A stretch of DNA of 63,676 nt, counting the filler, from Octopus bimaculoides (lineage: Eukaryota): assembly GCF_001194135.2 (NCBI RefSeq). It is 9 parts of 9 records of this genome, joined end to end, with 100 filler letters (N's around TTAATTAATTAA, not from the genome) between each part and the next. Parts side by side here need not be neighbours in the genome. Positions count along the whole stretch, not along the records: positions 1 to 9,804 come from NC_068981.1; positions 9,905 to 20,188 come from NC_068990.1; 7 more parts are not named here. The stretch is one strand, 5' to 3'. Every line of letters begins with the position of its first letter. The stretch's first letter is position 1. Positions 1 to 10,892 of this stretch are shown in pieces. Under the pieces are notes generated by a model that was not told the DNA's origin, searched no databases, and saw nothing but the letters and a program-made list of their open reading frames with translations. The translations under genes and the position numbers were made by a program.

Positions 1-615
1 CTTTAACGGCACAACCCTACTGCGCGATGTATCCACTGGCAAGCCACGACCGATCGTCCCATCAGCCTGGCGCAAGAAAGTTTTGGACATCATTCACGGA
101 CCTTCCCACCCAGGTATTTAATCCACACGGCGGGTGCTGTCAAGCAAATTTATCTGGCACGGTATGGCCAAGCAAATCGGGAACTGGACTAGGTCCTGCA
201 TCCCCTGTCAACAAGCCAAGGTCCATCAACACACCAAAGCACCCCTCGGCAACTATGAACCACCTCAGGCTCGATTCAGCTATGTCAACATCGACCTTGT
301 CGGCCCCCTACCACCTTCACAGGGTTGCTCATATCTACTGACCTTGGTGGACCGCTACAAACATTGGCCTGAAGCTATCCTCTGCAGCACAGAAACACAA
401 GAAGTCAGCCGAGCTTTCATCGCAAACTGGTTTGCCCGTTTCGGTGTCCCAGATAGCATCTCATCCGATCGGGGTTCACTATTCACCTCAAAGGTGTGAA
501 ATTACATGTATGACCTTTTCGGAATCACAATGAACTGCACAACAGCCTCCACCCACAGGCCAACGGATTAGTGGAGAGATTTCACCGCCGCCTGAAGGAA
601 TCACTGACAACCAGA
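1..615 (+). mobile_element. Ty3/Gypsy LTR retrotransposon pol fragment: integrase zinc-binding (HHCC) region and rve core, 5' part (pseudogenised)
   Basis: Translation gives IHGPSHPG...WTRSCIPCQQAKV...VNIDLVGPLPPSQGCSYLLTLVDRY...FGVPDSISSDRGSLFTS...HPQANGLVERFHRRLKESL. In-frame stop at 497-499 and a frameshift near 548. Confidence 0.93.
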
Positions 616-1278
616 GGATCTATTTCAAAACGGGGGCACCAGTATTTTCTTAACGAAACACTTTGAAACTTGGGACACTGGTAGAATGTGTCATATAAAA
701 CATCTTTTTCTCTTAGTCTTCTTAACAAAAAAACGTACATCGCAAGTTATTTCATGTTAAAGTTGTCGTATTTCTGTAATTTCAACCAATGACTGACGTC
801 CATTCAGCCGTAAAAATTAAGTGCTGACTACGTAAACAAACGATTCTCGGCGGTGATAAAATTATTATTTCCTTGTCAAAAAATGGCTGAAGCATATTGG
901 CAGTAGCTAATAAACCTTTCTATTATAGGCACAAGGCATGGTTTTTGAGGGAAGGAGCAAGTCAATTAGGGTTAGGGTTAGGGAAAACGAACACACGTGT
1001 GTTGCCTCTGCAAAATGTCAGAAGTAATCGAGATTAAATACGCTTTACACCGCTTAAAGTGCCAAAGGAGTAAGTGCAAACAGCTGAATACTTGTCAGTG
1101 ATTGGTTGAAATTATCGAAATAAGACAATTTTTTACATGAAATAAATCCGAATACAAAAATTTTTTTCTGTTCTATAACACAAAATAGATAAGTATACGA
1201 AGTTTGAAAGTCTTTCGGTACCAAAAACACTACATAAAACATAAATGAAAACTGGTGCCCCCGTTTTGAACAAGATCC
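616..1278. mobile_element. Non-autonomous DNA transposon (MITE) with 28-bp TIRs and 8-bp TSD, inserted in the Gypsy integrase
   Basis: Left TIR GGATCTATTTCAAAACGGGGGCACCAGT (616-643); reverse complement of right TIR (1251-1278) GGATCTTGTTCAAAACGGGGGCACCAGT, 26/28 identical. Flanks CAACCAGA (608-615) and CAACCGGA (1279-1286). Extra subterminal inverted homology at about 747-810 vs 1081-1147. Confidence 0.92.
966..983 (+). repeat. Interstitial telomeric-type repeat (TTAGGG)3
   Basis: ttagggttagggttaggg read directly, inside the MITE. Confidence 0.85.
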
Positions 1279-1880
1279 CAACCGGACTTAACGGGCCAAC
1301 TTGCATCGACCAACTCCCATGGGTAATGCTGTTAATCCGCACTGCCCCCAAAGAAAATCTCAACACTTTCTCCGCGGAAATGGTGTACGGTGTTCCTCTT
1401 ACAGTGTCAGGAGAGTTCCTTCCGAATACAAATTCAGACCCGGATGTCAAAAGGTACTTCGCTCAACTGAGAGACAGCGTGGGCCAGTTGCGCCCTGTTC
1501 CCATGTTGACACACGGTACACCCAGATCATCCGTACCAAATGACCTCCTCACGGCTAACTTTGAGTTCGTTCGACGTGACACACGACGAAGACCCCTCCA
1601 GTCACCCTACGATGGTCCATATCAAGTCATACACCCGGGAGATAAAACATTCCAACTCCTAATTGGTGGACGACAAGACACAGTCTCCATCGATAGATTG
1701 TAACCGGCCCATTTCGATATTGACAGCCCCGTCCAGGTGGCCCAACCACTAAACAGGGGCCGTCCTAGACAGATCACACCAACCCTTGACAAGGAACAGT
1801 CACCAAAGAATCGAGTAACCACAAGCAGGGTTAGGACAATTAAAACGCCATTCCGCTCATCATCAGGCGAGCCGCACTGC
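1279..1880 (+). mobile_element. Ty3/Gypsy integrase, 3' part with GPY/F module (pseudogenised)
   Basis: ORF 1245-1703: LNGPTCIDQLPWVMLLIRTAPKENLNTFSAEMVYGVPLTVSGEF...PLQSPYDGPYQVI...TVSIDRL. Continues the frame broken at 615. Confidence 0.92.
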
Positions 1881-2262
1881 TAAAAAAAGAATTGAAGATA
1901 ATTTTTCGTTCGGCGTGTCATGCAGAAAGTCTCGCAGGCCCCTAGGTTGCTCACGACTGCACCAAGTACTCACACGCACACACACAGTATAAAATCTTAT
2001 AAAAGAAAATGATACATGACACTTGTAATTAATGATAAATTTTGGAATTAAATCTGTATTTGAAATATCCTTCATAACAAGATATTTTTGTTTCGTATCT
2101 GACATGCACACATTTACGTTTGCCAATTGTGGTTAAATCTTTCGATATTTCTTCGCATGTCTATGTGTATTGTGTTGTCCAATGCCATTCTTGGTCTTTA
2201 TGTTAACACTTGTTGAATAAAGAAATCAATTATACGCATTTATAAAGGGAGGTAACTCTGAA

Positions 2263-2481
2263 TTTTATTTCTCTATTGCCCACAGAGGACTAAACATAGA
2301 GGGGACAAACAAGGACAGACAAAGAGATTAATGTCGATAACATCGACCTCAGTGCATAACTGGTACTTATTCAATCGACCCCGAAAGGATGAAAGGCAAA
2401 GTCGACTTTGGCGGAATTTGAACACAGAACACAACGGCAGATGAAATACCGCTAAACACTTCGCCCGGCGTGTTAACGTTT
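2263..2481 (-). mobile_element. tRNA-derived SINE, family A (cephalopod-type)
   Basis: Reverse complement of the body seen at 24127, 34573, 51255 and 56622 (gtcgactttgcctttcatcctttcggggtcgat...aagtaccag). Confidence 0.8.
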
Positions 2482-2708
2482 TATTCCATGTTTTTTGTTA
2501 CACGTATATCGAGTGAAGAAAGACGTCATTCATAATCTGTTGAATTCCTTTGAAGATGAAAATGTATGGAGATGATTGACATTAGAATAATCAATGTATA
2601 GCCGAAGTTTCAGAAACTAATAACATTTTAAAGGTTACTTTACGGTTACATATTTGCTGTAGAAGGGTAATCCATCTATATTTTTACTCCCCAAATCACG
2701 AAGTATTG

Positions 2709-2743
<35 letters not shown>

Positions 2744-4961
2744 CAGAACAGCAAATAAAATATTCAAATGATAGATTATAAAGATAGAAGACCAACCTAT
2801 TTATCAATATACCCGGAACTACTACATTGTGCAATGTAACCCTCTTTATTTAAAACTGTTGGGAGTTAAAGTTCAAGAAAATTTGACTGTTATTTCTAGC
2901 AAATCAGACGACAATACAGAAACTTCCTTAGTTAACTCATTCACAGAGATATATAAGATAGTAGACTGTGGTTTGAGAGAGATTTAGCCGGTATTTCTAG
3001 ATGTTTTAGATTTGATTTTTAGAAAAGATTTCTACACCGATATAGTTTTTCATGCTAGAAAGCTCATGCTAATTTAAAAACTTAGTTTAAATTAGTTTGG
3101 ATTCAAGAAGTAGTTCTGGGAATATATGGCAATTCCGACTTTTAGTGTGTCAAGATTGGCTGAAATTCTTCAAATTTCAACCTTTAAAGGCTCGTAACTT
3201 TTCCATTGTTAATTTCTCCAAAAATCGTGGTTACCTATGAAAAATTATGTCTGTGTATAAATTGAAAAAAATCGGATCTGATGTGTCAAACTGAAAAGAT
3301 TCAAAACATCCGACGTTCTACTACTTAACTCGTACTCATTTTAACAATCTCGGAACGAAGAAAGGCAATGTTGACCTTAGAATATAAAGGGACATAACTT
3401 TATGTAATTCGGCATTTTGACTAATGTGTTACCGTTTCTGCATCTATAGATATAACATTTACTAAGTACATGTTTTTAGTTATTAAATAAGTGACAATTA
3501 GTATGTAAATAATTTCCTGTACTGATTCAATCAAAAACAAATGATCAGTCTACAATAGCTTCAAAAATAAATCAGCTCCTCATATAAAAGGAATTAACAT
3601 GAGAGTTATTTGGAAGATCAATCCTTTAATTCTTGGAAATTATCTTCCTTTTTCTTTGAGAGTCACTAAGAATTACTGTTACAATTTCTGCTTTATTTTC
3701 TTTGCCCTTCTCAGATAAAATTTCATTATATTAAGAATTTATTGCATATGGTATTCAATACTTCACCTGTTGCTTAATCATCTAAAATTTTCAGTTGTTT
3801 CTCCTAATTCCTTTTACTTTAACTTATGCCAATTCTTTTTGCCATATTTTATACCTAACCTTTTTTCTATATGTAAAAACCTTTCTATTGATCTGTAAGC
3901 TTGAGTAGACTGTATTATGCTAATTAGGTTAAACATACCAAAACTATGCAAATAGACAACTATGGGCCCATAGTCTATTGTCTGCAAACAAAGATCAGGC
4001 TGTTCTTTCCTAAAGTGAGGAATTTCAATAAATTAAGAATTTATTGTGTACAACATTCAGTAGACTATTCCAGGTTCATGAGCATCTATCTACTATATAG
4101 ATCCTGGCATATATTTAACTATCCCAAATTATATTTCCCCAGTAGATACACTAAAGGTATTTTTTACTACCGTTCTTAGATTGTTATATACAAAGTAACT
4201 ACTTCATTCCATTGTCTGTTTCTGGTTGATTTATATTCTAATCACCTGTGATAATTTTTACTTATTGTATAGATAAACGAGTAATGTCTTTATTTCTACA
4301 GTGGCCAATGAGATGGATGAATACTGTAAATTTTAGCATATACGTCTGAGAGAAAAAAAGAAAAAAATCTTTTCAATTCTAGAGTTTGACTTATACAGCA
4401 ACATTAAAATGTGAACCTTTACTACAGAATGACCAACCAATGGAACAGCACTTCTAATAATTGCTGCACACTAATTATCATAACTCAAATAGGTCACCAC
4501 AAATATTTCTACTAAAACTTGCGTTTGGTGAACATGTTTAACATATTAACACAGAGGTTAATATAAAGTAATAAAATTGTAATACAGGTTCAATATCATA
4601 TTAATGTTACTGTGCACATTGTATCCAACAGTTAACACACTGACAGTAAACATTGACCAGAATGTCACTGGACCCAAGTGGAAGGTCAGACAACCATGCT
4701 ATGCATGCCACTTGTGTAATTTAATGATAGCACATTGCATTGTGAATTCTCATGAATATATGCATTTATGGCTTATAGCTGTTACAAAAAATAACAAATG
4801 CATTTAATATAACATTTAAATTATGTGCAAGATTTGCATGTTTCATAGACTCATGTGGTAGTCTTAAGCCTAACACAGAATTTTGAGCTAAAATTCTTGA
4901 GGTTGACTCATATACCAGGCTGACTTACATGTTAGGTTGACTTATGTGTCAAGTTGACTTA

Positions 4962-6173
4962 TATCAGATTAAGAATGAAATGTCCGATTTTCTTATTCAC
5001 CAAGTTTGACAGTCGTTAACTCTATTTTATCCTGACAATTCTTTGTTTTACAACATCAAAGAGTTACACCATCATTTTTCAAAATGCAGTTCATGGTGTC
5101 TGATTATATTGTGAGCTTTCTTTTGTAAATCAATTTTTGTGACCCCATGGATTGATAAAAAATTCGTGTTTTTTATGAATATGAGTTCCATTGTGGAACC
5201 AATGCATCCCAGACCGCTCGAAACATCAATGAGGTGTTTGGTGGAGATGTGGCGAATGAGTGCATTGTACGTCGATGGTTTGAGAAGTTCCAGTCTAGTG
5301 ACTTTACTCTTGAAAATCAAATCCCGTAGTTGATCTGAGACCAAGGTGGATAATGATGAATTGGAAAATGTAGTGAAAGTGGATACATCTCAAACTATGC
5401 GTGAGTTAGCAGGAAGATTTGATGTTTAGATTTCAACTGTATTGGACCGTCTGAAACAAATTAGCAAGGTAAAGAAGCTGGACAAACTGAATGAACATCA
5501 AATGACATGTGGTCTTGAAACTTGCTGTTCTTTGCTTTCATGGCATAAAAGTGAACCATTTTTACATTGTATTGTTATGTGTGATGAAAAATGGATTCTT
5601 TTCAACAATAGCAAGCATTCTACACAGTTGTTGGATAGAGACAAAGTGCCAAAAGACAATCCAAAAAAGAATATTCATCAAAGAAAGCTAATGGTGTCTG
5701 TTTGGTGGTCCAGCACTGGTGTCATCCACTACAACTTCATAAGTCAATTACAGCAGATGTATGCATCAACCAGTTGGATGAAATGATGAGTGAACTTACA
5801 ATTAAACAACTGAGATTAGTCAATAGAGACAAGCCAATTCTCTTGCAAGACAATGTTTGACCACATGTTGCATAAAGAACGCTACTCAAGTTATAGGAAC
5901 TGAACTTGGAAGTACTCTGTCATCCACCATATTCACTAGACCTTGCACCAACTGACTATTATGTTTTCCAGACATTAAACAACCTTTCGTGATTTCACCA
6001 CTTCTTGCTCTCCAGACTATATCACTGCTGGTATAAATAAGCTACTGATAAAATGGCAAAATTGTGTTAATAATTTAGGTGCAAACTTTGATTAATTGCA
6101 TTGCTTTTTGTTGAGATAAAGTAAAATAAACTTTCAGTTCAAAATTGGACATTTTGTTCTTAATGACCTGATA
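4962..6173 (+). mobile_element. Near full-length mariner (Tc1/mariner, Hsmar1/cecropia-like), inactive
   Basis: TA-flanked imperfect TIRs (tatcag..attaagaatgaaatgtccgatttt / aaaattggacattttgttcttaatgacctgata). Transposase pieces include TARNINEVFG..CIVRRWFEKF, HLKQISKVKKLDK, IVMCDEKWILFNN, KLMVSVWWSS and HPPYSLDLAPTDY, with many stops and frameshifts. Confidence 0.92.
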
Positions 6174-6188
6174 TATTAGATTGATTTA

Positions 6189-6960
6189 TGAGGCAATATC
6201 AAAAGGTTCCTGGACTAGTTATCTTTAATAAATAATGTATTTACATAAGTTTTAACATCGTTTCCTTTGAAATAGTCACCTTGCCCAGCAAAACACTGGT
6301 CCCAGCATTCCTGTCATTTTTGGAGTCTGGCCTGGAAGTCGTTTTCCATAAGTGAGTTGAGGACCTTTGCAATTCGCTCTGGATCTCAACAACGGTATTA
6401 AAACAGTGATCTTTGAGCTGGATTTTCATTTTGAAGACGAGATGGTGAATAGGGCGGATGCAGAAGAACTACTATGTTGTTTTTGGCAAGAAACTCACAG
6501 ATGAGGAGAGTTCAGTGAAGAATCCAATTCTTTGCACTCCACAGATCCAGTCACTTTTGCTGAATGTCCTTCCTCAAATGCCTCAAAACATCACAGTAGA
6601 ACTCTTGATTGATGGTCTGGCCTGGGCGGGGTACGAATTCTCAATGCACAGTACTACATTTCTGGGGCTGATGCTTATGGTAGGTCTACCAGATTGCTCA
6701 TTGTCTTCCAGGGACGTTTTTCCTCTTTTGAAGCATCTATGCCACTCAAAACATCGCATACAACTCATTGCTTATCACTGTAAGCTTGCCAAAGCATACT
6801 CAATGTCTCTGTAGCAGACTTCCCAAGTTCAATGCAAAATTTCGCATTGGCTCTTTGTTGCTGTCCATGACAAAATCACAGGCTACAACATACATGTGAT
6901 CACAAAAACACAAATTTTACAATTTGTGATGTAAACACATAAAGGTCACTGCTACCTCTC
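6189..6960 (-). mobile_element. Second, internally deleted mariner (irritans/Himar-like), inactive
   Basis: Minus-strand pieces MSCMRCFEWHRCFKRGKTSLEDNEQSGRP, HPPYSP and MKIQLKDHCFNTVVEIQSE. One TIR-like end near 6189 (tgaggcaatatcaaaaggttcctggact); the other end was not found. Confidence 0.85.
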
Positions 6961-7044
6961 TCTACTATCATCTGTAGGCTGTCTGTTTGCTCGTTTGTCC
7001 AGCAAAATGAAAGTAAATGGTTCAGGGAAAGCTATTATACTTTT

Positions 7045-7500
7045 TCTATATATATAAAATCGAAATTCTGTCTCTTTTTTCTCCGGCAAAATGAAAGTAC
7101 CTGGTTCAGGGAAAGCTTTTATGCTATTGCCTAATTTGTCTCAACAAAAATTATGCAATGGTACAACACTAACTGTGCACAAACATATGAGTAAGTGCGC
7201 TGAGGCAAATATTCTCAGTGGTCGTGGTAAAGGTGAGACTGTCTTCATTCCTCACATACCAATTGGAATAGGACATCTAATATCCCATTCCAATTTAAGC
7301 TTTTACAGTTTCCTATCCCACTTTCTTTTAGCCATAAGCATTAATAAAATTCAGGGCCACACATTAAAAGTTGCTGGGTTACAACCTGAAGAACCATGCT
7401 TTTCACATGGTCAACTTTATGTAGGAATAAAAGCAAATATTTTTGCTTATGCAACCCGAAATAAAACAAAAAAAACATTGTTTATAAAGAAATATTGACT
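7045..7500 (+). mobile_element. Helitron fragment: PIF1-like helicase C-terminus behind a Helitron-like 5' end
   Basis: ORF 7091-7498: MLLPNLSQQKLCNGTTL...ILSGRGKGETVFIPHIP...AISINKIQGHTLKVAGLQPEEPCFSHGQLYVG. TCTATATATATAAAA at 7045 resembles a Helitron 5' terminus. Confidence 0.87.
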
Positions 7501-7738
7501 CTTAATACAACATGAATACTTCAATAACTTAATGTGTATGACATCAATCTTTTTTCTACTTCAATTATTACGTGTTTTCTCTTATGAAATACACACATAG
7601 AGGAAGAGTAAATCTAAATCTGTACCGGTAGTCTCATCCTGGTTCAGATTCAAAAATGAATCTTTCAATTTTCCTTGAAAGATTCATTTTTAAATGTCTC
7701 AAAAGTGTCGACCCCCCCTCCTTCGTAACCTGCTTCCT

Positions 7739-8150
7739 CTATCTGTGGTGATGACAGGCATTGTTCTCCCAGTCAGTCTCCTGCATATCACAGGCCTTTA
7801 ATGAGGACTTGACACAGTCCTTAAATTGCAGCCTTGATTTCTGCCGGGGTCTCTTTCTATTCACAAGTTCCCCATATAGCATCTGCTTAGAGATCCTGCT
7901 ATCCTTCATTCTAATGTGTCCAGTCCAACGTAACAGGTGCTTGTGCACCATCGCCTCAATACTAAAGATATCAGCTGTCCTCAGGACCTGTGTGTCTGGA
8001 GCTTTTAAGGCCCAGCCAACATTCAGAATGTGCCTGAGACATCTCTGATGAAAGCGTTCAAGGACCCTTACATGACGTCTGTAAAGGGTCCATATCTCAT
8101 ATGAGTAAAGGAGTGATATCAGTACACATGCATGGTACACAGCAATTTTT
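7739..8150 (-). mobile_element. RTE-clade (BovB-like) LINE, ORF C-terminal fragment
   Basis: VYHACVLISLLYSYEIWTLYRRHVRVLERFHQRCLRHIL...LRWTGHIRMKDSRISKQMLYGEL. Confidence 0.88.
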
Positions 8151-8180
8151 GTACACATACATAAGTACACACACACACAT

Positions 8181-8292
8181 ACGATGGGCTTTTAGTTTCC
8201 GTCTACCAAATCCACTCACAAGGTTTTGGTCGACTCGAGGCTATAGAAAAAGACACTTGCCAAAGGTGCCACATAGTGGGACTGAACCCGGA
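8181..8292 (-). mobile_element. tRNA-derived SINE, family B (CORE-like ttgggcaagtgtctt motif), partial
   Basis: Matches copies at 21410-21578, 27950-28090, 42410-42562 and 53135-53280. Confidence 0.78.
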
Positions 8293-8649
8293 ACAGTCAC
8301 GAGCCTGTTCAGTCTTAAAACACATCGCCAACTGTACAATTTATAAACTAGTTTTGAAGGAAATATGAGGCAGTAGACTGCAGTTGTAAATTCCAACCGA
8401 TTACGCACATACACACCATCATGTCTTTCATTCTCTCTCTTTTCCTCATGTACATCTAAAGCAAGAAGAATGTATGTATTCCCACCTAGTTTTATATTCT
8501 AACAATTATTTGTACGCAATATCCTTGACAAAAGCAAACTTAGGACACACCTTAGCATAATTGATGTGTTGGTACCGGACAGTTTAAAGGAAGTCATATA
8601 AAGTTAAATGATTGGTTAGACAAGTGAAACGTCACCATATTTATTTACC

Positions 8650-8919
8650 ATGTACTTAGAAAGGTTTTACTCCGTTAAGTTGTTTTCATTAGGTGTTTCA
8701 CATACATTATCAAAGCATCTCAATACTCCTTTTTCAAAGTCACCGATTGTATTTTATAGACAAATGTGTACTAAAAGTGATACCGATCAAAACATTGACA
8801 AGACGATACATGATGCCCACATCACCGACATTCACGACGTTCCTATTAATATTATCCAGCGACCAATACCTCCAGTACTGGATTCAGAGAAACTCAAATC
8901 ATTGATGGAAACTATTAAG
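8650..8919 (+). CDS. SRXN1: Sulfiredoxin-1, first coding exon (start ATG 8650 or 8764; phase-0 donor AAG|GTAAAT at 8920)
   Basis: TIHDAHITDIHDVPINIIQRPIPPVLDSEKLKSLMETIK closely matches the sulfiredoxin N-terminal motif as I recall it (human [38 protein letters not shown]; fly IQRPIPSVLDEQKVQSLMETIK). The donor falls where I recall the vertebrate intron. Locally CpG-rich. Which ATG is used is uncertain. Confidence 0.9.
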
Positions 8920-9413
8920 GTAAATTATACTGTTATGTTCGCTACATTTGATACTTTCTCGAGTTGTTATTGATAAACATTAACTTGTTATCGTTGTAGT
9001 CGGTGCTGAGGGGAAGTAACTCTAGATAGTTTGCTAATAATGTGGTTGACTTAATACTTAATGTTTTGGGATTGATCATTGTCTGAGAGAGAAAGAATGT
9101 TCTTTCACTCCCTGTCTTAGATAATTTTAATAGAGTCAAAACTTCACTAGTTTCTTAGACTACTGCATTAGTTAATGCATATTTATATTAAATTATTACC
9201 CCTTAAAGTTACTTTGCTTTTTTTGTATGTGTATTTTCTTGCAAAACTTGAATAGGTTTAAGTTTCTTATGGTCAACAGAATCACAGGCTCGACATGTTG
9301 CAGTGGAACTATTTTGGCAGGAAATAGAGACTAGGATAGTGTTAATATACATTGAAAATTTAATAATCTCATTTCAATACCCAGTTCTGTAGGTTCTGTA
9401 TAGTGATCTAACA

Positions 9414-9534
9414 TTCTTGGCACAAGGCCAGCAATTTCGGGGAGTGGGTAAGTCGATTGCATCGACGCCAATACCCAACTATTTTATCGACCCTGAAAGG
9501 ATGAAAGGTAAAATCGACTTTGGTGGAATTTGAA
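9414..9534 (-). mobile_element. SINE family A, partial
   Basis: ttttatcgaccctgaaaggatgaaaggtaaaatcgactttggtggaatttgaa, homologous to other family A copies. Confidence 0.75.
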
Positions 9535-9760
9535 TGGGAAGACGTTTTTGTCAGCAGCAAATAAAATAATGCCGGTGTTACTTCAAAAATTTGCCAAAAA
9601 TTATCAATAATTAATAATATCAGGGTAAGAAAAAATTTTGGAAATTTTTTACTACCAATGGCCTATCATGTAGAAAAATTAGTCAATAGACTATATATTA
9701 TTCATATAAATACAGTGTACATTTAAACACATAAGAGGTATCTATTATGTATATGTATGC

Positions 9761-9799
<39 letters not shown>

Positions 9800-9959
9800 T
9801 ATATNNNNNNNNNNNNNNNNNNNNNNNNNNNNNNNNNNNNNNNNNNNNTTAATTAATTAANNNNNNNNNNNNNNNNNNNNNNNNNNNNNNNNNNNNNNNN
9901 NNNNATATATATATATATATATAGATGACAACTGGGAATTTTTATGAAATTATCTACTT

Positions 9960-10140
9960 AGACAGACATGTGTCTGCAGCAAAGTTTCAGCCAAGCCAAA
10001 AGTAGCATAGTGGTAGAATGATAAGATTGATAGGGCAGTCAAGGCTAAGAGACAGGTTTGGAAAGATTGGAAGAATGGTGATAGCCAGGAGCTCTACTTA
10101 ATGACAAGAAGGGAAGTTAGTTTTCAGGTTCAGCAGGCAA
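9960..10140 (+). mobile_element. Decayed RTE LINE fragment (region between APE and RT)
   Basis: W*NDKIDRAVKAKRQVWKDWKNGDSQELYL resembles the RTE WWN.EV..AIK.K..AWK.WK.GG segment. Confidence 0.6.
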
Positions 10141-10892
10141 GTACAGTTGGTGCCATGAATAAACAAAATAGAATTGGTGGTTTGATTAGTTAAATCAGTT
10201 CAAAGAACAAAGGGTGCATAGTGCTGATACTTGGGTGTGGCATATTGAAATTGAGTGAAATGTACTGGTGAAAGAAAATTAAATTATTCTATGCGAGCTG
10301 GTTTTGGAAAATGCAGAAGAAAGAGTTTGAAAGATTGGTGGTTCAGTTTAAAATATGAGCAAAGGAAAAGAATGGTGTAATATGTGGACAATGTCAAATT
10401 TGGTTGATTTGGGTGTGGTATGATAGCCAAGAGCATTTTATATTTTGATTCTTTGAATATAATGATGACTTTGAAAAAAATTGAGTTTGGTATCATTAAT
10501 GCAAGACAAGAAGTAATTGATAACTATTGATACTTGGCAGTATATTATCCTAGCAAAATTATGAAATGAGAATTTCCATCTAGAGTGATTCAAATTATTT
10601 TTCATTTTTAGTTGAAATGATTATTCATTTCAACTAAAAATGAATGGTTTCCTACTAAACAGTTATCTTAAGAAAAATATAAAGTGAGATACGTTCCAGA
10701 ATATTAATTGACTTGTCCCATAATACCTATCAACTTATGTTATTGTTCAGTAGTTAACATTGTTCTAAATGATCAGTTCAAAATTTGTATTTGCAGTATC
10801 ATATTAGAAATAAATGAAGAAATGTAAAAAATTTGTTTTTGTTTTTTTTATTTTGCAGTTTAAAAAATACTTTTATTTTCTTTCTTAATCAG

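Noticed and set aside
8300-8650. Nrf2 antioxidant response element upstream of SRXN1
   Set aside because: The closest match, TGACAAAAGC (about 8526-8535), has four rather than three spacer bases; no canonical TGACnnnGC was seen.
9849-9860. TTAATTAATTAA flanked by 44 N on each side; recurs near 20233, 25863, 37215, 48242, 52218, 59787 and 62553
   Set aside because: A fixed 100-bp spacer with stops in all six frames is an assembly gap marker, not biology. Contiguity across these gaps is uncertain.
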